Positions 47,876-57,353 of a DNA stretch of 64,000 bases are shown in pieces. Position 1 is the first letter of the stretch, and each line of letters begins with the position of its first letter. The notes beneath the pieces are model-generated. The model worked only from the letters and a program-made list of their open reading frames with translations. It did no database searches and was not told where the DNA came from. The DNA comes from a virus (taxonomy: Duplodnaviria > Caudoviricetes): IMG/VR virus record IMGVR_UViG_3300021255_002536, positions 37,138 through 101,137 of that record. The stretch is one strand, 5' to 3'. Made by a program: the position numbers and the translations under genes.

Positions 47876-48574
47876 GTTCCACTTCTTTTTCTTCCAGCGC
47901 ACAACGAAGCCGACGATGGCGGCGAGGACTACCACATTGATGAGCGATGTGAGCCAGTCATGGAAACGCTGGTAGAGCGATGGCGTATGAGCCGGACGGA
48001 CTACCTCTTTGTGATACGAGGTGGTGTCGCTTTCCTCTTTGGCGGTCTTTTCCAGCAGCAGGGCATAGAGTGAATCGATACGCTCCTGGCAGGTCTGTAT
48101 GCGCTGCTCCTGTTCCTGAATGATACGCTGCTGACGAAGTTCCTCCTGGCGATCGGTCTTACGGTTGATGGTACGGGCTTCCTGCGTCACCTTACGACCC
48201 AGCGAGTCGATCCACGACGTGACGGTTTCCTGAATCTGCTCGGTCTGCTGTTCGTTAGCCGTCTGATGACTTAGTTCCTGTTGGAGTACCAGATGGAAAA
48301 GGGAGTCGATACGGGTCTGCTGCTGACTGACAGTCACCTGTAACGACGCGGATAGAGAGTCGGCCTTGCTGTGGTGGCTCTCGGTCTGGTCGATGACCGT
48401 TTGCTTGGTGCTACAACCGATGAAGGCGCACACGATGGTAAGGATAACCCACGAGGCAAACGCGGCCTTCAGCAAGGTTACGGCATGGTCGAGTTCGCGC
48501 TTAATACGGTTCTGACGTGAGTAATACTGACGGTCAGGACGCTGCTGTTCTAAAATCGGTGATTCTTTCTGCAT
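47870..48574 (-). CDS. Lipoprotein with C-terminal TM helix (unimolecular spanin-like)
   Basis: Hydrophobic stretch ending FIGC lipobox; C-terminal TM followed by KKKK; start moved to MQKESP because a promoter lies at 48600-48636. Confidence 0.65.
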   Translation of the reverse strand: MQKESPILEQQRPDRQYYSRQNRIKRELDHAVTLLKAAFASWVILTIVCAFIGCSTKQTVIDQTESHHSKADSLSASLQVTVSQQQTRIDSLFHLVLQQELSHQTANEQQTEQIQETVTSWIDSLGRKVTQEARTINRKTDRQEELRQQRIIQEQEQRIQTCQERIDSLYALLLEKTAKEESDTTSYHKEVVRPAHTPSLYQRFHDWLTSLINVVVLAAIVGFVVRWKKKKWNL

Positions 48575-48599
48575 AGCTATAATACGTTTGATTACAGCA

Positions 48600-48636
48600 C
48601 AAAGATACGCAGAAAGAACAAACACCATGTGACAAA
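48600..48636 (-). promoter_or_regulatory. TGTCAC-class (putative late) promoter
   Basis: TTTGTCAC-N21-TATCTTTG. Confidence 0.7.
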
Positions 48637-48673
48637 TTTAGGGGTAAAACTCCGTAACGGTTTACCCCTAAAT
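48636..48673. repeat. Lone iteron inside an inverted repeat downstream of rep
   Basis: ATTTAGGGGTAAA-actccgtaacgg-TTTACCCCTAAAT. Confidence 0.8.
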
Positions 48674-48676
48674 CCT

Positions 48677-50161
48677 TTATTTCAGCTTGCGGATGATGGC
48701 CGGTCGTATTTTCGACAGACCAAGCGCCACGCGACATTTCTCACTGAACACCTCATAGTCGGGCGACGTGTCGAGCGTTTTAAGGTCGTCAGCCGTCGGA
48801 AAAATGTAAAAGGCTCCATTATACAGCCCAAGGTATTCCGTGCGCTCTAAGACGGGTTTTATGGCTCCCTGATGCTCATTCACCAACTGTTGCCATAACT
48901 CTGCCTTCACACCAGGCTCTAACGGCTCTGGCTCCGGCTGGAGTTCCTGCTCGGTAAACAGGTTGTATTGTTTCTCCTGCTCAATCCGTTTACGCTCATC
49001 TTCCAACTGCTTATCCTTGATCCACGTCGATAGCAACGTTACGATATACTCAGCCACATGGTCGGGCTGCTTCTTCTCTACGGCACGCTCCACCCCATCG
49101 TAAGCATAATCCTTGAAGTCCTCAAACCATTCGTCCTGTACCTCCTTCAGCAGCTCAACCATTTCGTAGGGCTTCAGGTCTGTGTACTTCGTGGTAAGCG
49201 ACGTGATAAGACTCTGCTCCTGATTGTGCCGTTGCTTGCGCCATGCCCGTTCGATGCCCAATGGCCCAGGCACCAAGGTAAACTCGATGTGCGACGGATT
49301 ACCCTTCAGACGGCCATCCTTACGCAATGGCTCGTAGGTGAAGGAAAAATCTATCTTACTATCCTTCGACAGTTGATCCATTTCCAATCGCGAGGGCTCC
49401 AGTATCAGCGACTTCACCTTACTATATTTATGGAAGGGGTTATCCTGTGGTTTGGCACCGTCGTGCGTCAGCAAATACGACTGGTCATCAATGCCCAGAA
49501 ACTCGCAAAACTGCGGATAGTCCACCTCCTTACGTCCACTTTCGCGGAAAGTAGAGAGGTAGATATAGATACGCGGTGTGCGCTGCTTCTTAGCCATCTG
49601 GCCAATCTTTGCTACATGGTCGGTATAGCCCTTATCCATCGACAGGAAATCATTCACATTCTCCTTATCCATCTTGATACGGATTTTGCCGGTACGCAGT
49701 CCTGTGCTCTCGTTCGTTACCATGGTGATACGCGAGAACAGGTTGGCAAAGGTGTACTCAGTCTTAGTACCAGACTTCGTTTCAATCTTCCGGAGATAAC
49801 CCATGCGTAGCGTCAGCAAATCTTTCAGAGCGTCCACCAATTCCGGATAGTGACCAGGCGTAACGCCCAGGTCTTTGGCATCTATCTCAAACTCCAGATT
49901 GGTATTCATTTCCTCCTCGGCAAACAAAGGGAGCCAAAGCTGCTCACCAGGTTTGTGCGCGTCGGCACTCTTGATGATACGATCCTGCAAGTGGTCGAGC
50001 ACACCCAGCAATACCCTTTGGTGCATCGTCGAGAAGTCGCCCGACACCTGAGCAAACACACGAGGGTTATACAACCACTGTTGGTCGCGCAGATCCTTGA
50101 TGATAGCATTGTCGCTCTTCATCAACTGAGGCATTGTCTTTTTAACTCGTTTCTTAGCCAT
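48677..50161 (-). CDS. Plasmid-type replication initiator (Rep_3/RepB-like)
   Basis: Winged-helix initiator pattern (S.MHQRVLL, TPRIYIYLS, LILEPSRLEMD...DFSFTYEP) and adjacent iterons. Confidence 0.8.
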   Translation of the reverse strand: MAKKRVKKTMPQLMKSDNAIIKDLRDQQWLYNPRVFAQVSGDFSTMHQRVLLGVLDHLQDRIIKSADAHKPGEQLWLPLFAEEEMNTNLEFEIDAKDLGVTPGHYPELVDALKDLLTLRMGYLRKIETKSGTKTEYTFANLFSRITMVTNESTGLRTGKIRIKMDKENVNDFLSMDKGYTDHVAKIGQMAKKQRTPRIYIYLSTFRESGRKEVDYPQFCEFLGIDDQSYLLTHDGAKPQDNPFHKYSKVKSLILEPSRLEMDQLSKDSKIDFSFTYEPLRKDGRLKGNPSHIEFTLVPGPLGIERAWRKQRHNQEQSLITSLTTKYTDLKPYEMVELLKEVQDEWFEDFKDYAYDGVERAVEKKQPDHVAEYIVTLLSTWIKDKQLEDERKRIEQEKQYNLFTEQELQPEPEPLEPGVKAELWQQLVNEHQGAIKPVLERTEYLGLYNGAFYIFPTADDLKTLDTSPDYEVFSEKCRVALGLSKIRPAIIRKLK

Positions 50162-50174
50162 AATATTTATTTTC

Positions 50175-50569
50175 GTTACGGAGTTTTACCCCTAAATCAT
50201 TTCGTTACGGGATTTTACCCCGAAAGTTACCTATTTTATCCCCTTTGGGCCAAATCGGTTACGGAGTTTTACCCCGAAAGTTACCGAATTTAACCCCTTA
50301 ACCTATCTGAAACCCTTTGTATATCGTGGTTTCAGGTTCCCTATAAATATATAAATATACTTTATAAACGTCATAATTGAACTTCTATATATCTTATTAT
50401 AAGAAAATTATAGTATTTCAGCCGTTTAGGGGTAAAACTCCGTAACGGTTTGCACCATTTAGGGGTAAAACTCCGTAACGTAGGGGGTAAAACTTGGTAA
50501 CGGATTGCCTATTTCCCAAAATTCTGTGATTTCGCACAAAACTTATATTTAGGGGTAATTCTCGGTAAC
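50175..50569. repeat. Iteron origin: nine 18-bp GTTACGGAGTTTTACCCC-type repeats flanking an AT-rich core
   Basis: Direct copies at 50175, 50204, 50226, 50258, 50280; inverted copies at 50429, 50462, 50484, 50552; AT-rich 50340-50420. Confidence 0.9.
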
Positions 50570-50605
50570 GGTTGCCAACTTTATAGTACTGTTCACCATG
50601 AACCA

Positions 50606-50965
50606 TTAACCATGAACCTTCAGGTATTCTTCTATTGCCTGGAGCACGATGTCACCAATGGAGAGGCTATTGCCCTCCTGCTGGCTCTGCATCTTGATTC
50701 GGTTCAGCTGCTCATACATGGCGAAGGGGATGCGCGTCTGCACATTCTTCACGCCCTGCTGTGAGTACTGCGAGAAAACACCCGTAGGCTTGGTGCCCTT
50801 TGGCAGTTGAGAGTTGAGAGTTGAGAGTTGAGAATTATCATCAGCCCTCTGCCCTCTTACTTCTTCCTTATTCATACTCTCCATCATGGCCTCGTGTTCC
50901 TGAATGGCAGGCGAACCAGCCACGATACTCTTTTTCTTATTCGGTTTCTTAAATGAGTTTGGCAT
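50606..50965 (-). CDS. Putative ribbon-helix-helix partition partner
   Basis: Follows parA; disordered N-terminus then VQTRIP..MYEQL..IK......SIGDIVLQAIEEYL. Confidence 0.65.
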   Translation of the reverse strand: MPNSFKKPNKKKSIVAGSPAIQEHEAMMESMNKEEVRGQRADDNSQLSTLNSQLPKGTKPTGVFSQYSQQGVKNVQTRIPFAMYEQLNRIKMQSQQEGNSLSIGDIVLQAIEEYLKVHG

Positions 50966-51002
50966 AATCTATAATCCGTTAAATCCGTAAAATCTGTGGT
51001 CG

Positions 51003-51869
51003 TTACTTTTCTTCTGTGGTCAGAAGTTCAGAGATAAATTCATCGTAGTCCTGAGCTGCTGTGCAGTCGGGCGCATAGTCGAAGATGTCCTGATGCTGGA
51101 ACTGGCTTTCGCCCACCTTCACACACTGACGGATGCGCGTCTGGAACATGTTGGCATCGTAGGTGTCGCGCAAAAAGTCCGAGGTCTCGCGGGCCAGCTT
51201 CGTGCGCTCATCAGCCATCACTATCAAGAGGCCACGCATGGTCAGATCGTGGTTTAGTTTGCGCTTAACATTCCGGTAAGCCTCTATCATGCGTCCTATG
51301 CCATCCACACTGAGCGAACCCAGCTGCACCGGTATAATGACACCCGTAGCCGCTCCGAGAGCGTTAAACGTAAGTTCTGACAGAGCGGGCGCACAGTCTA
51401 TCAATACATAGTCGAACAGATCTTCCACGTAGTCCTCTGCCTCGCGACTGATAGCGTCGGCACCCATATACAGGTTATCCATATCCAGGATATCGTTGCC
51501 AAAGAGCGATGCCAGCACCAACTTCGACTGCATCTGACGATGAAGATCGGGGTCGATGTCCGACAGTTGGGGCGACGCAGGCACATAGAAGAGTCCCTGC
51601 GGATTGCGGTACACCGGCAGATGGTTGTTGTCGCCATCACGTAGCGCGTCGGCCACGGTCAGCGTCGAGTGCTTCTGCTCATGGTATTGCTTCATCTTAT
51701 CACGCCATCCTAAGAGCGATGAGAGATTACCCTGCGGGTCAAGGTCTATGCAGAGGATGCGTAGCGATGGGTCGCGACGGAGCAATCCTGCTGCCACGTT
51801 CTGAACGGTAGTGGTCTTGGCCACCCCACCCTTGTTATTCGCAAAAGCGATGATTTCTTTCAGTTTCAT
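51003..51869 (-). CDS. parA: ParA/Soj partition ATPase
   Basis: KGGVAKTTT, IDLDPQGNLS, DYVLIDCAP, TRIR...KVGESQ. Confidence 0.95.
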   Translation of the reverse strand: MKLKEIIAFANNKGGVAKTTTVQNVAAGLLRRDPSLRILCIDLDPQGNLSSLLGWRDKMKQYHEQKHSTLTVADALRDGDNNHLPVYRNPQGLFYVPASPQLSDIDPDLHRQMQSKLVLASLFGNDILDMDNLYMGADAISREAEDYVEDLFDYVLIDCAPALSELTFNALGAATGVIIPVQLGSLSVDGIGRMIEAYRNVKRKLNHDLTMRGLLIVMADERTKLARETSDFLRDTYDANMFQTRIRQCVKVGESQFQHQDIFDYAPDCTAAQDYDEFISELLTTEEK

Positions 51870-51896
51870 AAACTTATGATTTAATGATTTGATGAA

Positions 51897-52730
51897 TTAA
51901 TGTTTCTTACCATAATTCTCCGGCGCAATGCCCTGCGAAGCATTCTCAGCCTGAGCACGTTTCAGTTCCTTAATCATACCATAGTCGGCAGAGCCCTGCG
52001 GGGCCTTCGAGTAGAGTAGTTCCGGACGGCGCGACGGATCGATAGTCGTATGACCCAATCCACGCTTCTTCGGCATCCAGGGACGCAGTTCGGGGTCGTA
52101 TTCCTCCTGCCACTCTTCCACCGGCTGCATATTGATCATACGAGTGGCACGCTCGCGGCGCTCCTTCGAGTTCCAGATGTTCTGTGCCCACTCAGCCATC
52201 GAATCGAGGGTTTCCAACACACCATGCTCACCCGTCCACTCAATATCATCCCATTCGTTCTGTCCCAGCGCGTCGAGACAGCCCAGAAGTTCCAGATAGG
52301 CATTCAGTCCAGGCACTTTCACAATCACTCGCGGCTGGTCAAACTCTTCGTCATATACCCTACCCTGCCCTTCTATCAGCTCTTGGATAGTAATGCCCTG
52401 ACGCTGTGCCTCACGCTCATTCTCGAATGCCTGGTTGCGCTGCTCCAGCCATGCCAGTCGAGCCGTCTCTTCACGTTCGGCGATGGCCCAATTACGGTCG
52501 TTATCCTTGGCGCGTCCCAGATTGGTACGAAACGAATGCACCTTACATACCAAATGGGGCGCATGCGTGCTGATGATACAATCGCCCAGGTCGTTGCGGG
52601 CCTGAATCTTCGTCACGATAAACGGCCCGTGAAACTGCATACCCGTCATAAAGTGCTGCGAGTACTGCGATAGCCCACCGTCCCAAATCTCCAACGGTGC
52701 TACCTGATTTTCTCTTCTTTCCTTTACCAT
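51897..52730 (-). CDS. Hypothetical protein
   Basis: 277-aa ORF. Confidence 0.7.
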   Translation of the reverse strand: MVKERRENQVAPLEIWDGGLSQYSQHFMTGMQFHGPFIVTKIQARNDLGDCIISTHAPHLVCKVHSFRTNLGRAKDNDRNWAIAEREETARLAWLEQRNQAFENEREAQRQGITIQELIEGQGRVYDEEFDQPRVIVKVPGLNAYLELLGCLDALGQNEWDDIEWTGEHGVLETLDSMAEWAQNIWNSKERRERATRMINMQPVEEWQEEYDPELRPWMPKKRGLGHTTIDPSRRPELLYSKAPQGSADYGMIKELKRAQAENASQGIAPENYGKKH

Positions 52731-52784
52731 ATATTTATGAATTTATGATTTTATGATTTTATGAATTTTCAATTTCAATTCGGG

Positions 52785-54398
52785 TTAGCCCTTAAAAGCA
52801 CCTACTAAAACAGGAGCCAGGAACACCGAGGCGGCCAAAGCTGTGATTCCGCACACTGCTATAACGAGCACACCCACAATGGCGGCACCAATCTTCAGGG
52901 CCTTACTACTCTTATTCGTTTCATTCGTGAGATTAGTGTTCGTCTCATTATCCGTACCATCCGTTACATCCGTAATCACTTTATTCCCCGTTTGGCTCAA
53001 TTCCAGCCCCGTGACGGCCTTTTCTCTGGCCTCCTGCTCGATTACACTACGACGCTCCTCACAAGCCTTCACAGCGGCCTCTAAGTCGGCTGCTGTCACC
53101 TCCGGCGCTGCTTGCGCTACCTCTACGTCATCCGTTACATCCGCGCTCTCCTCACCCTCGAAGTCGATACCCTCCAATGGGTCGGCCATATCCGTGCAAT
53201 CCGTGCAATCCGTGTTCGACTCTATAACGCGGTAGATCGTCGGGCGCACATCGTTCGCCAGTCCTACCTCTACCATGTCACCACGCTTCACACCCATTTC
53301 CTCCAGCATGCGCTCACTACCCAGACTCGCTTTCTTCACCTCACGGCCCAGAATCATCACCGGCTCGAAGTGAACCACCGGCGTTCTGCGTCCGGTCTTA
53401 CCCACTGTCACCTCTATCCTGGTCACGCGGCTCACCGTCTTAGCTGCTGCAAACTTATAGGCGATAGAACCCTTCGGATGGTGCTCAGTGGCTCCGAGCG
53501 ACGCAGAGAGCTGCTTATCATCCACCTTAATCACGATACCATCAACGGGGAATGGCTGGTTGTCGCGGCATGCCTCCATCTTCTCAATCATGTCAAACAG
53601 TTGGTTATGGTCAGCAGCAGGCACCACCTGAGCATTGAAGCCATAGGTGAAGTTATGGAAGTCGGCCAACTTCAGCGACTCGCTGTGACTGTTATTGCAT
53701 GAGAACAAAGGCGCATCCAGTTCCCAAGGTATAAACTTCAGGCATGCACACTGAGGGTCAACGATAGCCTGGTTAGTCAGTCCAGCGGCAGCCGAACGGC
53801 AATCCTTATACATCTTACCGTCCTGATCGCTCAGTACCGGCAGCGTCGATTTGAAGCACACCACCTCGCCACGAACCTCCACGCGGTCGTGATAGGTGGT
53901 ACCACGCTTCAGCACATGAGGCACAGATATCATCTGCATCACATGCTCCGTAATATCCTGACCTTTGAAATGGTCGCCACGAGTAGCTGCTGAGATCAGG
54001 TCGCCATTCAGGTACACCAGAGAGCACGAGATTCCGTCGAACTTCCATTCCAGGCAGTAGTTGAAATCCTTATGGCCAACAGCCTTCTCGGTAGCCTTCA
54101 GCCATTTCTCCAACTTCTCGCGGTTGGTGCTCTTATTGTCCGTCTGAGCCTTCTGACAGGAAAGCATCGGTGTGCGATGGCGAATGGTTCTGCGGCCATT
54201 GCCATTCAGATCAGAGCCCACCTGCTGCGTCGGAGAGTCGGCAACAGTCCATTCCGGATGCTCCTGCTCTGCCTGCTCAATCTGGGCCACCAGACCGTCA
54301 AACACTTCGTCGCTCACTGAAGGGCGATTCAACACGTAATACTCAAAGCTCAGTCTCTTTGCTCTGTCAACCTTCCAAAGATAATCTTGCTGTGTCAT
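52785..54398 (-). CDS. ligA: NAD-dependent DNA ligase, adenylation + OB domains only, with C-terminal TM tail
   Basis: YY....SD..FD, SPTQQVG, H..PMLS, EWKFDG, ATRGD, EVRGEV, DGIVIKVD, IAYKF. Confidence 0.88.
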   Translation of the reverse strand: MTQQDYLWKVDRAKRLSFEYYVLNRPSVSDEVFDGLVAQIEQAEQEHPEWTVADSPTQQVGSDLNGNGRRTIRHRTPMLSCQKAQTDNKSTNREKLEKWLKATEKAVGHKDFNYCLEWKFDGISCSLVYLNGDLISAATRGDHFKGQDITEHVMQMISVPHVLKRGTTYHDRVEVRGEVVCFKSTLPVLSDQDGKMYKDCRSAAAGLTNQAIVDPQCACLKFIPWELDAPLFSCNNSHSESLKLADFHNFTYGFNAQVVPAADHNQLFDMIEKMEACRDNQPFPVDGIVIKVDDKQLSASLGATEHHPKGSIAYKFAAAKTVSRVTRIEVTVGKTGRRTPVVHFEPVMILGREVKKASLGSERMLEEMGVKRGDMVEVGLANDVRPTIYRVIESNTDCTDCTDMADPLEGIDFEGEESADVTDDVEVAQAAPEVTAADLEAAVKACEERRSVIEQEAREKAVTGLELSQTGNKVITDVTDGTDNETNTNLTNETNKSSKALKIGAAIVGVLVIAVCGITALAASVFLAPVLVGAFKG

Positions 54399-54455
54399 AA
54401 TTCTCTGAATTTTTGTAAGTCGTATAACTTGGTGAATAATCTCGTATGCTATAAC

Positions 54456-54794
54456 TTAGTTCTTATCCTTATTGATCTCATGCAGGTAGTCGTCGGTATC
54501 ACCCAGGGTACGGGTGTTCAGGCAATGCCAGTCAGCGGCCACCGTCCAAAGGAGAATATTACACTCCATACCTACGATATGTTTCACTGTCTCTTCATTC
54601 TCGATATTGTTGGCAATAATCTCCAGATGCAACAGCGAATTTCTTACCATAGCCTCCTGCTCATCGGTCAGCTCCACATTCTCCTTGAAAGCATGTACGG
54701 CCTTCTCGAAAGCAAAACGCTCACCGTCATTCACCTGGTTCATAAAGTCGGCCACGATGCCACAAACCAAATTCGTTGTAACGTCCTTTTCCAT
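54456..54794 (-). CDS. Acidic hypothetical protein
   Basis: 112-aa ORF. Confidence 0.7.
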   Translation of the reverse strand: MEKDVTTNLVCGIVADFMNQVNDGERFAFEKAVHAFKENVELTDEQEAMVRNSLLHLEIIANNIENEETVKHIVGMECNILLWTVAADWHCLNTRTLGDTDDYLHEINKDKN

Positions 54795-54834
54795 ATCCTT
54801 ATCTCCTATATTTTAAATTAATGATAATTCGTGT

Positions 54835-55248
54835 TTAGATCTCCCAACGCTTTTCGAGGTAGTCCCAGATGGCGTGTCCGTCCAAGTCGGTCACAGCCTT
54901 CCAGTCGGCAGCTGCTTTCTGCTCACGTTCGAAGTCGGAACGGTCATTCTTCAAGCACTCGTTATATTCCTCGATATCCTCTGGGGCTGCTTCGGCACTT
55001 GGCTCCACGTCAGCCCATGAGCTAAACAGTTCCTCCCACTGCTCGAAAGTCTTGATGTCGTTACCCAGCGTCACCAGGCTCAGTACTGCATCATGCAACA
55101 GGCGGGCATAGTCCTCTTCGGTCTCGAAGTCACACTCTGTGTTGACTGCATCCTCCAGCACGAAGTTGCCACGCTCTAACTCTACGGTCATTGTGCCACC
55201 CTGAATGGTGACGTTTACCTGCTTGTTCTCGTTGATTGTTACTAACAT
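54835..55248 (-). CDS. Acidic hypothetical protein
   Basis: 137 aa; first gene after a promoter module. Confidence 0.7.
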   Translation of the reverse strand: MLVTINENKQVNVTIQGGTMTVELERGNFVLEDAVNTECDFETEEDYARLLHDAVLSLVTLGNDIKTFEQWEELFSSWADVEPSAEAAPEDIEEYNECLKNDRSDFEREQKAAADWKAVTDLDGHAIWDYLEKRWEI

Positions 55249-55259
55249 GTCTCTTAATG

Positions 55260-55400
55260 TTTTGTGAGGTGTTACCCTCGGTTATACATCTTGTTTACTT
55301 ATCTGGTGCAAAGATAGTTATTTATTTCGAATTGACAAAATAAAATAGTATTTATTTTCGCTTTTTCTTGAAAGTTTTCGGGTTTCTTTACAAATTCATT
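55260..55400 (-). promoter_or_regulatory. Repeated promoter/leader module, copy 1
   Basis: TATCTTTG at 55309-55316, leader hairpin AACCGAG...CTCACAAAA, upstream block shared with the other copies. Confidence 0.75.
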
Positions 55401-55435
55401 AATTTATGGACTCATAATTACATGAATTGATGAAA

Positions 55436-55786
55436 TTATGGTTTCACCAATTCATGCTCCTTAGCCCACCACTCGGCACCAGCTTTCAGGCACTCACGCA
55501 ATATCATCGACACTTGGCGGTAGTTCTGGGCCGTAATCTCGATAGTCGGATGTTCTGGCGTACCACCACCGGCCTGTATCGCCACGAAGTCCTGACGGCC
55601 CTCCACCTCGGCAATGGTATGCCCTTGGCCTTGCAACAGTTTCAGAATCATATCGCGCTGATGTGGGGCCGTCGGCACTATCTGGATGTTCATCCAGGGA
55701 TATTCGTTCGCAGTCAGAACGGGGAACTCATGCCCGTGCTCCCCTACTGCCTGACTTACACTAAATGTATATTGAAATTTCTCCAT
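55436..55786 (-). CDS. Hypothetical protein
   Basis: 116-aa ORF. Confidence 0.7.
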   Translation of the reverse strand: MEKFQYTFSVSQAVGEHGHEFPVLTANEYPWMNIQIVPTAPHQRDMILKLLQGQGHTIAEVEGRQDFVAIQAGGGTPEHPTIEITAQNYRQVSMILRECLKAGAEWWAKEHELVKP

Positions 55787-55799
55787 ACCTTATATTATA

Positions 55800-56591
55800 T
55801 TATTTAACTATCTCATCATAGCGGATGTGGCCGTAGTTGGTAGCATACCACACTACCCAGGGGCCTTCACCCTTATACTCAGTATTACCCCACTTATTCC
55901 TGAATGGCTTCTGATAGTACTGCTTGAAGATAGGCTCATTCACCGTACACTCATAATCACGAATGCCCTGTTTCTTAGATCGTACTGTGATCCTGTCACC
56001 CTTCTGGAACTTCGGTACCAGATTGCTAATCTCCGTTTGCAGACGCAGACCGTCGAAGTGATGCAACTCCCCTACTCCCTTAGCCCATGCCATAGGCATA
56101 GCAAAGGCCACGTCGTAATTAGTCTGAATGTTCAGTTTCACGCCGTCATCACCCAGACGGTCGTACAGGTTCAGAAACACATAGGGACGAATCAGCACAG
56201 GTGCCTGGGTAGCCCACTGAGCCATGAGCTTCAAATATCTACCCTCCTGAGCCAGATGTTCGTTGGCCTTCAGTTCTGCCAGGGCCTTGCACGTCTTATT
56301 GTCGCGGCACACCTCGGCACGACCACCTTCAGCACCCCAGTTCAAACGGTTCTGAATTTTGCGCTCCAGATTCTTGCGGGTGCGCTCAATATCCTTATAC
56401 CCGTCGAAGGAAGAACCGTCGGAGCACTTATCACTCTCGATAAATTTATACACACCCGTCGAAGTCCTGATGGTCACGTAGGTCGTTTCCTTATCGCTCT
56501 GGGCCTGGTTCACTTCACGCTTTGCATCTTTGCTCTGCAACAGCTGCTCTATATGCTCAATCTTCTTTGCCATAGTTGTATTGTTTTGCAA
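55800..56591 (-). CDS. Hypothetical protein
   Basis: 263-aa ORF. Confidence 0.7.
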   Translation of the reverse strand: MQNNTTMAKKIEHIEQLLQSKDAKREVNQAQSDKETTYVTIRTSTGVYKFIESDKCSDGSSFDGYKDIERTRKNLERKIQNRLNWGAEGGRAEVCRDNKTCKALAELKANEHLAQEGRYLKLMAQWATQAPVLIRPYVFLNLYDRLGDDGVKLNIQTNYDVAFAMPMAWAKGVGELHHFDGLRLQTEISNLVPKFQKGDRITVRSKKQGIRDYECTVNEPIFKQYYQKPFRNKWGNTEYKGEGPWVVWYATNYGHIRYDEIVK

Positions 56592-56621
56592 AATTTATAA
56601 TTACTTCCTATATCGCCAAAT

Positions 56622-56927
56622 TTATTCACTCAGATAATAATCGTAAAGAGTCTGGCCCATCACCTTAGCCGCTTCCACAATTTCCTGCTGAGACAATGAC
56701 TCATCTTCATCCAGGAGAATACCGTTATAGTCATCACCTTCAGAATAATGGGAGTCCGCACAGTTCAAGTCATCCTCACAAAGAGCTGTCACACCTTCCA
56801 AAGTCAGATTATTACCGTCCTCATCGTAAAGGCTTTCAGAAGGATCAACCATGTTATGCAGCGTCTTACCGCTTTCATCCACAAGGTGCCATTCGTAATA
56901 ACCAGGAACAAAACTAAAACTTCTCAT
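56622..56927 (-). CDS. Acidic hypothetical protein
   Basis: 101 aa, D/E-rich. Confidence 0.7.
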   Translation of the reverse strand: MRSFSFVPGYYEWHLVDESGKTLHNMVDPSESLYDEDGNNLTLEGVTALCEDDLNCADSHYSEGDDYNGILLDEDESLSQQEIVEAAKVMGQTLYDYYLSE

Positions 56928-56954
56928 AACTTTATGAATTAATGAATTAATGAT

Positions 56955-57341
56955 TTACGCTGCTGCACGCTCATTCCATACACTTTCAGGCATAGAAGCG
57001 GCCCACTCCAAATAAGCATTATTATCGTCGTAGGGATCGAGACCAGCCAGAAGGCAAATATCAGACCACTCACAACAATAAGAGTCATCAAACAAAACAG
57101 AAGCCATATCGCTGTAGCTGAAAGCATCAGCCCACTTCTCATAAGAGCCATCGAACTGCTCTGGAATTTCATCCTCACGAACAGAATCACGCAAATACTC
57201 TACCAGATTATCGTAGGTCACACGATCATCATATTCCTCCTGGGAATACACATAGAACAATTCTACGCGACCTTCATCAGTCCAGGCTACCATGGTGCGG
57301 TCGCCTTCGTTGTACTGAGCTTTGATAAACTTAACGTCCAT
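56955..57341 (-). CDS. Acidic hypothetical protein
   Basis: 128 aa, D/E-rich, ends RAAA. Confidence 0.7.
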   Translation of the reverse strand: MDVKFIKAQYNEGDRTMVAWTDEGRVELFYVYSQEEYDDRVTYDNLVEYLRDSVREDEIPEQFDGSYEKWADAFSYSDMASVLFDDSYCCEWSDICLLAGLDPYDDNNAYLEWAASMPESVWNERAAA

Positions 57342-57353
57342 ATTCTAAACTTG

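Noticed and set aside
50418-50606. 62-aa ORF with RYGVLPLN repeats (also 48534-48737)
   Set aside because: Translation of the iterons.
50805-50835. 7-mer TCTCAAC repeats and 9-mer ACGAATT/ACGGATT repeats (22140, 32435, 50975 and the ligase tail)
   Set aside because: Short low-complexity repeats of a kind I recall as common in Prevotella-like DNA; no specific function can be supported.
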